DNA of 64,000 nucleotides from sequence record PQ657784, one strand, 5' to 3'. The notes below the pieces were generated by a model. The model saw nothing but the letters and a program-made list of their open reading frames with translations, searched no databases and had not been told where the DNA came from. Shown here piece after piece: positions 26,854 to 36,363 of this stretch. The DNA is from Escherichia phage EPIMRB01. A program made the translations under genes and the position numbers. Position 1 is the stretch's first letter. Each line of letters opens with the position of its first letter.

Positions 26854-27391
26854 TTACTATTTCCAAAAGTTTATTATTTTTAAGGTAATTAGCCTTTTCT
26901 AGGACTTCAGAAGCATATTTAGAACCTGCTTTAACATTCCATCCCGAATTATAAGAGGATATTGCTTTTCTTATATCGCCCTTATGTATATTTAACCAAT
27001 AAGAAAGTTCAATGTACGCCCAGGAAGCTGAATTGGATCGTTTATTCAACATTCTTTTTATTTCAGCATCGGTCATATTATAACCAAGTTCCTTAACTCT
27101 CGCTCGCATAGTAGGCAAATAATTTTGGAACATTCCGTAAGCATGATGTTTTGGTTTAGATTTTAAATTAACTCCGCCAGAGCTTTCTTGCCATAAAATA
27201 GCAGCCATTATATGACCTAATCCGCTCTTGTGGATATTTTTGTGTGTTTTATATTTTCCATCCTTAGAAAATTGTTCCCCGAATTGATACGCGTAACGCA
27301 TGTTATCGAGTTGGACATTACTGAAAGTATGCTCGGAGCTATGTGCCATCATTGAAATGGCCAATAGACCAGCGAGTAGTGCTTTTCTCAT
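26846..27391 (-). CDS. Secreted lytic-transglycosylase-like protein, 181 aa
   Basis: Signal peptide; SLT-like motifs LWQESSGG, GMFQ, SYNSGW. Confidence 0.6.
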   Translation of the reverse strand: MRKALLAGLLAISMMAHSSEHTFSNVQLDNMRYAYQFGEQFSKDGKYKTHKNIHKSGLGHIMAAILWQESSGGVNLKSKPKHHAYGMFQNYLPTMRARVKELGYNMTDAEIKRMLNKRSNSASWAYIELSYWLNIHKGDIRKAISSYNSGWNVKAGSKYASEVLEKANYLKNNKLLEIVND

Positions 27392-27398
27392 GTTTACC

Positions 27399-27860
27399 TC
27401 ATTGAGTTTTAATTACTGCTTTAGAAGCCTTTCCTGGTAAACGACGACTGTTGATAATTGCCATCCTACATTGAAGTGACGGGTCTTTGAACTTCTCATT
27501 AGGTTTACAAACTGTAAATCCAAGCCAAAGATTTCCATCTGTAATTTCTAAACGTCCAGGACGATATTCAACTCCATCAATAAAATCCTCATCAATGTCA
27601 GGACGCGGAGGCATACTCAGGAATTCATTAACTTCTAAAACATGGTCTTTTATTTTATGGAATAATTCAAAAACATATGTCTCATCAATCTCCCGTTGAA
27701 TTGCACGATCAAGAAGATGTTGAGAATATTTTAGATGAAACGATGAGACCCCTGCTGCTTTTGATGCCTCACGAATCTCATTGTTAATTTGACGAAACTC
27801 CGACTCAAAGTGACGACGAAGCTTATTTCGACGGATAAAAACTTCTGTATTGATAGTCAT
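27399..27860 (-). CDS. regB: Sequence-specific endoribonuclease RegB
   Basis: 153 aa; sequence MTINTEVFIRRNKLRRHFESEF matches T4 RegB as recalled; preceded by an early promoter. Confidence 0.88.
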   Translation of the reverse strand: MTINTEVFIRRNKLRRHFESEFRQINNEIREASKAAGVSSFHLKYSQHLLDRAIQREIDETYVFELFHKIKDHVLEVNEFLSMPPRPDIDEDFIDGVEYRPGRLEITDGNLWLGFTVCKPNEKFKDPSLQCRMAIINSRRLPGKASKAVIKTQ

Positions 27861-27888
27861 GTTATTCTCCTCTTAACTGATAGAAAAA

Positions 27889-27925
27889 TTATACCACAGT
27901 CAAGAGGAAAAGTAAACAGTTATTC
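27889..27925 (-). promoter_or_regulatory. T4-type early promoter for regB (GTTTAC-N17-TGGTATAAT)
   Basis: Reverse complement reads CTGTTTACTTTTCCTCTTGACTGTGGTATAAT. Confidence 0.6.
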
Positions 27926-28198
27926 TTTAAATCTAGTCAATTTATTCATAGACTTTGAAACTTCTGCACGAACCTCATGTAGATTTTTGAGCTGTTCAAG
28001 ACGCTGCGTATAGTAAGCAATTTCATCTTCTTCGAGACAGTCCTGTGAATCTTCTTTAAGATAACGTGCATAGTCCTGAAAAGCGTTACGAACTACTTCC
28101 TGGAAATCATCAAGACTTTGAATTTTCTTAGGAGCAGCAGATACACGACGAGGGGCAGTATAATACTCATAACCAAACCCTGCGCTTAATTGAGCCAT
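27920..28198 (-). CDS. Hypothetical protein, about 92 aa
   Basis: ORF trimmed to the Met giving an ATGA junction with the upstream gene. Confidence 0.45.
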   Translation of the reverse strand: MAQLSAGFGYEYYTAPRRVSAAPKKIQSLDDFQEVVRNAFQDYARYLKEDSQDCLEEDEIAYYTQRLEQLKNLHEVRAEVSKSMNKLTRFKE

Positions 28199-28464
28199 TA
28201 GTATTTTTCCTCTGGTTGGAACACTGCACGACAAGCCCACATACTGGCTTCTTTGAGTTTCGTTTTAGCAATAGTTAACTGATCGAGGCTTTCAGCATAA
28301 TTCTTCGCGAGTTCATCGTCTTCACAGCTATCAAATGCTTCCCAAAATTCATCGTATAAAGCATCAAAGATAAGTCCTAAACGAACTTCAGCGTCTTTGA
28401 TAGCATTCACTTTACCGATTTTCTCTTCGGTATGCGGCTTATAACCCTTAATATCTTCAATCAT
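28198..28464 (-). CDS. Hypothetical protein, about 88 aa
   Basis: ORF trimmed to the Met with a GAGGAAG RBS. Confidence 0.45.
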   Translation of the reverse strand: MIEDIKGYKPHTEEKIGKVNAIKDAEVRLGLIFDALYDEFWEAFDSCEDDELAKNYAESLDQLTIAKTKLKEASMWACRAVFQPEEKY

Positions 28465-28678
28465 ATTTGACTTCCTCACCAGTACATAAATCATATTCAA
28501 CTAAACGAATAGGTTCATGAATGCCATATCCCTGAACAGAAATTTCTGTCGTAGGATAAATTCCATCAATATCACCCATATTCCAGGCTTCATTAAATTG
28601 CTGTTCGCCTGAATTACTAAACCACTCGGCGAAAGCATTTAGCACATCTTCAGAACCTTCAATAATTATCTTTGCCAT
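28457..28678 (-). CDS. Hypothetical protein, 73 aa
   Basis: ORF. Confidence 0.45.
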   Translation of the reverse strand: MAKIIIEGSEDVLNAFAEWFSNSGEQQFNEAWNMGDIDGIYPTTEISVQGYGIHEPIRLVEYDLCTGEEVKYD

Positions 28679-29040
28679 TACAAACTCTCGGTGAAGGTAC
28701 GAGCGATAACGTCGCGCTGCTGTTCCGGAGTCAGAGAGTTAAAGCGAACTGCATAACCTGATACACGGATGGTCAGCTGCGGATATTTTTCCGGATGCTT
28801 AACTGCATCTTCCAGAGTTTCACGACGCAGAACGTTAACGTTCAGGTGTTGACCACCTTCAATTTTAACTGTAGGTTGTGTTTCAATTTCAATTTCACGG
28901 GCATGCAAACCGTAGAAAATTTCCGGGTCTACAAAAGAGTCCTCTTTAAAGGTTTTAGAGACAATAATTCGTGCTTGAATACCATCTTCAAAATAAATAG
29001 TACCTTTATGTGTGCCTTCAAGAATTTGATATGCTTTCAT
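28678..29040 (-). CDS. Autonomous glycyl-radical cofactor-like protein (GrcA/YfiD-like)
   Basis: 120 aa; C-terminal glycyl-radical motif RVSGYAVRF as in GrcA and the C-termini of PFL/NrdD. Confidence 0.75.
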   Translation of the reverse strand: MKAYQILEGTHKGTIYFEDGIQARIIVSKTFKEDSFVDPEIFYGLHAREIEIETQPTVKIEGGQHLNVNVLRRETLEDAVKHPEKYPQLTIRVSGYAVRFNSLTPEQQRDVIARTFTESL

Positions 29041-29047
29041 ATAAACC

Positions 29048-29377
29048 TCAATTAGAAAATAAATTTATCCAAGATTGTTCTTTAATTAAAAATGGCTCAG
29101 AATCATATGCCATTAAACTTTGGGTGATTAGTCCTTTAAAAGGTCCATCAATAAATTCCATGGTAAAATATGGAATTTTATTCATTAACTGTGCGTTAGG
29201 AGCAGTGCACAAAACTCTGCATCCTTTGAATACACCCTTTTGTAATTTGTATTGCTTGGGATAAAATTCGCTCAAAATGTTATTATTTGCTAAAATTTCA
29301 AAATGATTCACCAATTTATTTTTAATAGTTTTTGGTGAAAAATAAAGATATTCGAAAAGCTGTGTGTCTGTCATCAT
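29048..29377 (-). CDS. Hypothetical protein, 109 aa
   Basis: ORF. Confidence 0.45.
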   Translation of the reverse strand: MMTDTQLFEYLYFSPKTIKNKLVNHFEILANNNILSEFYPKQYKLQKGVFKGCRVLCTAPNAQLMNKIPYFTMEFIDGPFKGLITQSLMAYDSEPFLIKEQSWINLFSN

Positions 29378-29973
29378 TGCATTCCAATCACAAAAAATTG
29401 AGGACGAACTGTTTCACCTGTTTCAGCATTATAGCTTCGACAACAGTGTTGTACCGTTTTAATATGGATATTGTAAATCTTATCCATATCAGGAGCTTTA
29501 ATAGGTTCGTCAATTATGTACAAGATACGAGAAAGCGATAACCCACGGAATTTATGACCTTCATTACCGATAAAACTACGGACAGAATCAGTAAATAAAC
29601 GGAATCGAATATCATCGCTAGAATAACGAGAAAATTCTTTTTCAATGTTGCCAGCAGAAATTTTAGCGTAAGCTGAAGTATTAGAAAGAACAATAACTGT
29701 TCCGCCATCATACAGCCAATTAGCGGCAAAGTTAGTCACAGCAATTGATTTACCGGATTGACGTCCACCATCTATACGAAGTGTGCAGTACTGTTTGAGC
29801 ACATCTTCCATTGGTGGAAGATAATCATTCTTACAGAGTTCTTCTACTCTAGCATCAGAATGGTGTGTAAAAGCATTCATCAGGGATAGATACGGGCCAG
29901 TTAAAAATGTTCTCATATTTTCTCTCTTAATTTTTGGGCCATTCCATGGCACATGAGTTGTCCATTCCTGCAT
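29374..29973 (-). CDS. Small P-loop NTPase with terminase-ATPase-like Walker motifs, 199 aa
   Basis: Walker A GGRQSGKS (compare gp17 SRQLGKT in this window) and Walker B ILYIIDE. Confidence 0.55.
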   Translation of the reverse strand: MQEWTTHVPWNGPKIKRENMRTFLTGPYLSLMNAFTHHSDARVEELCKNDYLPPMEDVLKQYCTLRIDGGRQSGKSIAVTNFAANWLYDGGTVIVLSNTSAYAKISAGNIEKEFSRYSSDDIRFRLFTDSVRSFIGNEGHKFRGLSLSRILYIIDEPIKAPDMDKIYNIHIKTVQHCCRSYNAETGETVRPQFFVIGMQ

Positions 29974-30051
29974 TACCCATTACCGCACTCAGGCTCGACC
30001 TTATCACAGGTTGGCGGGAATACCTCAAATGAGGTCCAGGTTGTTCCCATA

Positions 30052-30525
30052 TTATTTGAACGATTTAACGTACTGAATAGAACCTTTACTATTTACAAAG
30101 GCAATTTTACCATTTTTATTATACATTGTAGCAGTACGTTGATAGCCATAAGTTTGTTTACCAGATTGATAACCAACTAATGCAAAATTATCTTCACCCA
30201 TTTTATTCTGTTTAGCGCGAATGCGTTCATGACCATGTGCCATAAGAACCTTAGCATCACCAGTTGCAATGGATCGACGAGTTTTTTCATCTTCAACTGT
30301 ATTAACAAAGTCGTCAAATGAATCAAATTTAGCATGAGATTTATTATACAATTTTCCATCTACTGCATAATTATATCCCTGTACATCCATCTCAACTTCT
30401 GTACCATCATCCAATACAGCAGTAATTTTCTGTCCTTTTTTAAATTTCAAAAGATCAGTAAAAGATTCAGCAATAATTTGAGAATTAATAGCTGCTTCAG
30501 TGATAAATTCTTGATATGTTTTCAT
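30052..30525 (-). CDS. Internal (capsid-packaged) protein with capsid-targeting sequence, 157 aa (IPII/IPIII position)
   Basis: N-terminus MKTYQEFITEAAINSQIIAE matches the T4 internal-protein targeting leader with protease-type cleavage after I-x-E. Confidence 0.7.
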   Translation of the reverse strand: MKTYQEFITEAAINSQIIAESFTDLLKFKKGQKITAVLDDGTEVEMDVQGYNYAVDGKLYNKSHAKFDSFDDFVNTVEDEKTRRSIATGDAKVLMAHGHERIRAKQNKMGEDNFALVGYQSGKQTYGYQRTATMYNKNGKIAFVNSKGSIQYVKSFK

Positions 30526-30579
30526 GTGTTTCCTTTAAATATTTTAATTAGTAATTTGTCTCTTCAAGCAACTGTGAAT

Positions 30580-30613
30580 ATACTATCACAATTCTAGGAG
30601 AAAGTAAACAACT

Positions 30614-30615
<2 letters not shown>
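30580..30615 (-). promoter_or_regulatory. T4-type early promoter (GTTTAC-N17-ATAGTATAT)
   Basis: Reverse complement reads GTTTACTTTCTCCTAGAATTGTGATAGTATAT; overlaps the lysozyme stop. Confidence 0.5.
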
Positions 30616-31582
<967 letters not shown>

Positions 31583-31586
<4 letters not shown>

Positions 31587-32071
31587 TTTAATTTCCTGCA
31601 TTCAGTGATAAAGTTATTTAAATTTTGAGTATATTTCTTTTCATCAAAAATCTTTTGTTGTCTGCGTAGCCGCCATGGCATTTCAATGAACGTGTACCAT
31701 ATCCCAGATAATATTGCTGCTGTAAAAATATTAACAAGTATGGTTAAAAGAATCCAATCTCCTATTCTGTCCATTGGATTTTTTATAAAAAAGTAAAATA
31801 CGAATGATGTCACAGGAAGACTAATAATATACCACAGAATCATAATCTTATCTGTGAACCAATCAGCGTTCGTTAACTTAGCGCGACCATTATAAATACA
31901 CACGAATTTATCATCTGTTGCAGTAGATGGCTTAACTGGTTGATATCCCATTCTAAACTCCCTAATCAACAAATTTTTCATATCTTCGGAACAGCCATTC
32001 CAGTCAACTCTATCAACTGAAATGCCATCATCCACATCATCTAAATCATACCAGCGAGTTTTTAAAATCAT
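31583..32071 (-). CDS. Small membrane protein, 162 aa; member of a tandem paralogue family
   Basis: Two hydrophobic helices; C-terminal motif NFITECRKLK shared with neighbours. Confidence 0.5.
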
Positions 32072-32430
32072 TTAATTTTCCTGCAATCGCTCACAAACTC
32101 TTTCATTGATTCATTTTCAATATAAGACATGTAGCTATTGTATTCTTTTAATTGTATTTTGTAATCCTTTTTTCTTTGCCAATTTATGTTAAAATTATCA
32201 TAATGAAAATATAGTATAGTGCCAAAGAATGAAAATAATGAAATCGCTATAGTAAAACGAAGTTCACTCCAAACCTCTGTTATAATTGCTGAACCATCGA
32301 TGTTTAAAATAATACAATCAATCATTAATCCAATAAGACTACCCGCAAGAGCTGCAAATACTGATACGGCAAGAATTAATAGTACCTCAGGAAACGAATA
32401 TTTGACTTTATTTAGTTTTGGCTTTTGCAT
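32068..32430 (-). CDS. Small membrane protein, 120 aa; tandem paralogue
   Basis: Two hydrophobic helices; C-terminal EFVSDCRKIK. Confidence 0.5.
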   Translation of the reverse strand: MQKPKLNKVKYSFPEVLLILAVSVFAALAGSLIGLMIDCIILNIDGSAIITEVWSELRFTIAISLFSFFGTILYFHYDNFNINWQRKKDYKIQLKEYNSYMSYIENESMKEFVSDCRKIK

Positions 32431-32792
32431 CGTGATTCCTTAACAAATTTCATAATTTCGTTAAATTCATACATATCTAGTTTAAGCTGGTGTTCCTTTT
32501 TAATCTTTTTACACTGAGCTTTCCATTCACGTACGCGTTTACGATAATGTCTTCCTTGATACCAGTATCCTACCCAATTTACAGGTACTAATAAAAATGG
32601 AACTATCATTGGAAGAATTAGTGTTGACACAAATATTACATCAAATTTATTAACAGTCATAACGTCTATAACCATTCCAGCTATAAATGATACAACTACA
32701 ACAGGACCTATTAATACATCGGTAGAAATTATCTGGCGCTTTAGTTCATACTTCAAAGGTTTACTTGGAAGGTATAGTGATGGCTTTGACAT
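32412..32792 (-). CDS. Small membrane protein, about 126 aa; tandem paralogue
   Basis: Two hydrophobic helices; C-terminal KFVKESRCK; start trimmed to an internal Met. Confidence 0.5.
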   Translation of the reverse strand: MSKPSLYLPSKPLKYELKRQIISTDVLIGPVVVVSFIAGMVIDVMTVNKFDVIFVSTLILPMIVPFLLVPVNWVGYWYQGRHYRKRVREWKAQCKKIKKEHQLKLDMYEFNEIMKFVKESRCKSQN

Positions 32793-33369
32793 ATTCTCTG
32801 CATTCCTTAACAAATTTTTCTAATAATAAATCGCTTTCAAAATTAGGATTTTCCACGAATTTATCAAAAAGATCATCAACAATAGTTAAGATATTCTTTT
32901 TACTAAGAATACGCTTATTTTCATATTTTGTTTCAGAGTCAACTATAAGAGTAAAGAAATATTTCTTTCCCTGAAATTTTACCGTAGTATCAATATAAAA
33001 TAAATTTGACTTTTGTAAATTACGTTTAAACCCTGCGTCACTTAAACTGTAAACGCCAAGATAATCATAATCGTCGTTTAAATAACAAACTGTCCATTCA
33101 GGGGAAACGAAATCAGTAAATTCAACATCAAAATCACACGTCAATGAATGAATTGATTCAATACTTTTAATGAGTATTCCAGGGCGTATTAAAGACTTTT
33201 TACCTCTATAAAATCTTCCAGAAAGACTTTCATCAGTTTCATATGAAGACCCCCAATAGTAATTACGTCCTTCTGCCATACGTTTAAGAGCATTTAGTAA
33301 TTGGTCTGGAACATCAACCTGTCTTTGGAACTCTTCAAACATTGAATTGAAATCATTTTGCATTCTCAT
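32761..33369 (-). CDS. Hypothetical soluble protein, 202 aa, carrying the same C-terminal motif as the downstream membrane paralogues
   Basis: C-terminal EKFVKECREYVK. Confidence 0.5.
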   Translation of the reverse strand: MRMQNDFNSMFEEFQRQVDVPDQLLNALKRMAEGRNYYWGSSYETDESLSGRFYRGKKSLIRPGILIKSIESIHSLTCDFDVEFTDFVSPEWTVCYLNDDYDYLGVYSLSDAGFKRNLQKSNLFYIDTTVKFQGKKYFFTLIVDSETKYENKRILSKKNILTIVDDLFDKFVENPNFESDLLLEKFVKECREYVKAITIPSK

Positions 33370-33390
33370 TCCTATTTACTCCAAGTAATA

Positions 33391-33404
33391 GGGGCCGAAG
33401 CCCC
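33391..33404 (-). terminator. UUCG tetraloop hairpin (ggggc-cgaa-gcccc)
   Basis: Inverted repeat at the 3' end of ORF 33411..34004. Confidence 0.4.
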
Positions 33405-33410
33405 TTATCA

Positions 33411-34004
33411 TTATTTCAGAGAATTAATGTATTCCTGAACATCGGCAGAGGTAGTTTCAACCCCAGAAATATTGCCATTAAAGGTTTCAACTCGAGCAAG
33501 AGTATCTTCAATATCAACTTTAGTCAGTGCTGCAATTTCAACTACATCATCGGCAGTACTAATTCCAAGGGCATTTGCCGCACGAGTTTCACGGATATAT
33601 TCCAATTTAACTGCAAGTTCTTGGCGAGCATCATCTAACTCAACTACTTTCTTGGCGATTTCAATTCGCATTTCAGCATAACCATCAGCTTTAGTAGTCA
33701 ACTGTTCAGCTGTTCGACGATATAGTAAACCGAGCTTAGCATGCATTGTTACATCTTGACCTTCGGAAAGAAGTTTACGAATTTCACGCTCTTTTGATTC
33801 GGCTTGTCGATTCTTTTCGATAACAAGTTCACGAATACGTTTTTCTTCATTAATAGATTTAACAGAAGCAGTTTTTAGATCTTTAATTTTATCAAGTAGT
33901 TTTGCTGCTGCAGCAGTATACTGTTCTTCAACAGATAAATTTTTAGCCATAGCAGAACCAAGTTTAGTGCGAATAAACTCAACAATTTTCTTCAGTGTGT
34001 TCAT
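33411..34004 (-). CDS. Coiled-coil protein, 197 aa
   Basis: Long charged helical repeats; no enzymatic motif. Confidence 0.5.
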   Translation of the reverse strand: MNTLKKIVEFIRTKLGSAMAKNLSVEEQYTAAAAKLLDKIKDLKTASVKSINEEKRIRELVIEKNRQAESKEREIRKLLSEGQDVTMHAKLGLLYRRTAEQLTTKADGYAEMRIEIAKKVVELDDARQELAVKLEYIRETRAANALGISTADDVVEIAALTKVDIEDTLARVETFNGNISGVETTSADVQEYINSLK

Positions 34005-34047
34005 AGTATTTCCTTAGGTTGATTAAAAATTAAAATCTGTGAAAGAA

Positions 34048-34578
34048 TTATATCATGCTATTTAAGAGATGTAAACTATTTTTAATTTTACAAATTCGTT
34101 CAGCTTCTTCAACAGCGGCGGCGATAATGCTTTTAGCTATAGGAGTACTAATACTAGTAGCTTTTACACTTAACACGATTTCTTTATCTTTACCAGGCCA
34201 ACCCCACGATTTTTCACCGTGAGTGCCTTTAATTACAGCAGACACCTCAAGTGAGCATCCATTATCATATGTTTTTACATTGACAACCCAAGGTTCACTT
34301 TTCTCAATCGGTTTCTCAATCGGTTTATCCCAGTAAATATTAAGAATACGTGGGACATCAAATTTGGCAGGACAAATCTTAACCGTAAGACCTTCGCTTT
34401 CTAGCCAATTAATAAGAGGGCGTTCATACAGGCGACGATGTGGGCTTGGGATTCGACAAGCCTTATGTCCGTTGCTTGCGGCTTCACTAAGCTGTTCTAA
34501 TACCTGCTTTTGCATTATTGATAAGATACCATCAAAAGATTTTTCGGAAGTTTCATTCAGTTCGGTATAAAGAGACAT
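34048..34578 (-). CDS. Hypothetical protein, 176 aa
   Basis: ORF. Confidence 0.5.
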   Translation of the reverse strand: MSLYTELNETSEKSFDGILSIMQKQVLEQLSEAASNGHKACRIPSPHRRLYERPLINWLESEGLTVKICPAKFDVPRILNIYWDKPIEKPIEKSEPWVVNVKTYDNGCSLEVSAVIKGTHGEKSWGWPGKDKEIVLSVKATSISTPIAKSIIAAAVEEAERICKIKNSLHLLNSMI

Positions 34579-34633
34579 AACAGTTTCCTCAAATTATAGG
34601 CTCATAATATCTCAATCATGAGCCTATGTAAAC

Positions 34634-34897
34634 TTATTTCATATTATTGAAATATTCTTCTGCGATTTCGTCGTTATCGTGGTAAACTTTAGAAGACAGT
34701 TTAACATAACCTTCAGCGGTGAACATGTTAATCACAACCTTTACAGTATACCACTGACCATCTTCATTACCCATTACTGCATAGGTTTCAAACATCGGAT
34801 GGTCAGGACCGATAACTTTAATATCATTCACTGTACGACCGAAATCTTCTGAAACGCATTTCATAAAGAAGTTGAACAGTTCGCCGTAATTATCCAT
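34634..34897 (-). CDS. Hypothetical protein, about 87 aa (start at the Met after promoter and GGAGAAT RBS)
   Basis: Track ORF 34634..34951 trimmed to MDNYGELF. Confidence 0.45.
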   Translation of the reverse strand: MDNYGELFNFFMKCVSEDFGRTVNDIKVIGPDHPMFETYAVMGNEDGQWYTVKVVINMFTAEGYVKLSSKVYHDNDEIAEEYFNNMK

Positions 34898-34942
34898 TTT
34901 ATTCTCCAAGTTGTTTTTCTGTATCAGTAGTTGATAGTTGTA

Positions 34943-34995
34943 TAGTACCATGGAAGAACGGGGATGTAAACCGTTTTGTGAAAAAATTTTTAAAA
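34943..34995 (-). promoter_or_regulatory. T4-type early promoter with conserved leader
   Basis: Reverse complement reads AAAAATTTTTTCACAAAACGGTTTAC-N17-GGTACTATACAACTATCAACTAC. Confidence 0.55.
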
Positions 34996-35104
34996 AGTTT
35001 TAGGGAATTCTAGGGCAGGGATGGGCAATTAAAGGATAGGATAATATATTATAAAGGGTATAAACTAAATGATGCCTAGAGAGGTCCAGAAAGGCCTAGA
35101 TATC

Positions 35105-35132
35105 AAAAAGCCCCAACCTTTCGGTCGGGGCT
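35105..35132 (-). terminator. Intrinsic terminator (AGCCCC-loop-GGGGCU plus U5); copy 1 of an exact 28-nt repeat
   Basis: Plus strand aaaaagccccaacctttcggtcggggct just after the stop of ORF 35139..35612. Confidence 0.65.
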
Positions 35133-35138
35133 AAAATG

Positions 35139-35612
35139 TTATTTGATTTGTTTAGCAGACCAAATGCGGTCTTTGATGATTTTTTGGATGTCTTCAACAT
35201 ACTCAAGAGAGTGAGCATGTGGGTTATCTTTGAAACTATAAGCACGAGCTAGCTTTTGGCCTTCGGTTTTGATTACTAAAAGCTCTTTAAGGATAGCTTC
35301 ATATTTAGCGATAATTCCTTTAACAATATTTTTTTCTTGTGCAGCTTTAGGATCTGCTTTAGGAGCAGGTTTACCCGAAGCCTTTGCAAAAGCAGCGCCA
35401 GTAGCAACTAAACTTTTCCAGGCCATACTAACTGCATTTCCCGTAAATCCTTCTGCTTTCATGTCGCGAGCAAACTGGAATCGTGATTCGTCAGAAGCAT
35501 CTTTATAGGAATATTTACCCGCTGCAATGGCTGCTTTTGCGACAGCTTGAATTTCGGTGCTAGATGCTTCATTTAACACCGCTTCATTTAAAAATTGAGC
35601 ATATGATTTCAT
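35139..35612 (-). CDS. Internal-protein-like protein with capsid-targeting-type leader, 157 aa
   Basis: N-terminus MKSYAQFLNEAVLNE resembles the internal-protein leader MK(T/S)YxEF(I/L)xE with an L-x-E cleavage context; Ala/Lys-rich body. Confidence 0.6.
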   Translation of the reverse strand: MKSYAQFLNEAVLNEASSTEIQAVAKAAIAAGKYSYKDASDESRFQFARDMKAEGFTGNAVSMAWKSLVATGAAFAKASGKPAPKADPKAAQEKNIVKGIIAKYEAILKELLVIKTEGQKLARAYSFKDNPHAHSLEYVEDIQKIIKDRIWSAKQIK

Positions 35613-35652
35613 CTTATTTCCTGTTTTAATTCGTGGATTTAATATACTACTA

Positions 35653-35660
35653 TATTTATA
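35653..35660 (-). promoter_or_regulatory. Late promoter TATAAATA upstream of the internal-protein-like gene
   Basis: Reverse complement of 35653-35660 is TATAAATA. Confidence 0.5.
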
Positions 35661-35662
35661 CT

Positions 35663-35690
35663 AAAAAGCCCCAACCTTTCGGTCGGGGCT
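35663..35690 (-). terminator. Intrinsic terminator; copy 2 of the exact 28-nt repeat
   Basis: Identical sequence to 35105-35132. Confidence 0.6.
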
Positions 35691-35693
35691 AAG

Positions 35694-35996
35694 CCTTGCG
35701 GCAACCTTGTCGGGGTTCCACCTGCTAAGGCAAGTGTTTGTACGAAACGCCGGGATTCGAACCCGGTTATTAAGCAGTTGACGCTACTCAATATTTTTAA
35801 AAGGCCATATCTCGACCATATCCGAACGTTCCGTCAAAAACGCTACTCGGCTTACGGCAAAGATATTTCCTCGAATCGATAATTCGGTGCGCCGTTTCTG
35901 CTGTGATAGTAAAGAATCAGAACACAGTAAAACTGTGGGAGAAACTATACTCCAGGGAACATCAGTCCGACGACTTACCGGTAGCGACCCGGTTTC
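35694..35996 (-). ncRNA. Non-coding region next to the tRNA cluster containing a tRNA-like T-arm; candidate small stable RNA or tRNA remnant
   Basis: No credible ORF; 35749-35768 cgccgggattcgaacccggt is a perfect T-stem-loop (GGTTCGAATCC) without a full cloverleaf. Confidence 0.3.
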
Positions 35997-36347
35997 TTAG
36001 TATTCTTTTAAAGCATCAACCTGTTCACGACGTTTACGCCATAAATCAATTACTTCATACGCAGATTCAGCATTTCGAATTGGACGGCATTTATATAAAG
36101 ACTTATGATTTTGATATTGTGTAGATAACGGAATTTTATCTAAAAGGTCTTTACGTTCAAAATATTCGTAACCATCTAAACCAAATGAACGATTTTTGAG
36201 AAATTGCCAATGACCGTATTCGTTTTCGACATAAACATAATCTGCATGCTGATAAAGTAAATTAATTACACGTTCAGAAATAACAGTGTCATTGTGATTA
36301 AAATAGAATGTTAAATCATGAACTACTAAATAAACATTACCTTTCAT
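35997..36347 (-). CDS. Hypothetical protein, 116 aa, immediately downstream of the tRNA cluster
   Basis: ORF; no motif recognised. Confidence 0.45.
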   Translation of the reverse strand: MKGNVYLVVHDLTFYFNHNDTVISERVINLLYQHADYVYVENEYGHWQFLKNRSFGLDGYEYFERKDLLDKIPLSTQYQNHKSLYKCRPIRNAESAYEVIDLWRKRREQVDALKEY

Positions 36348-36363
36348 ATTTTCCTCACTTAAT

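Noticed and set aside
33411-34004. Possible PspA/IM30-like identity of the 197-aa coiled-coil protein
   Set aside because: Only general coiled-coil character is visible and no specific motif could be matched by eye; left as hypothetical.
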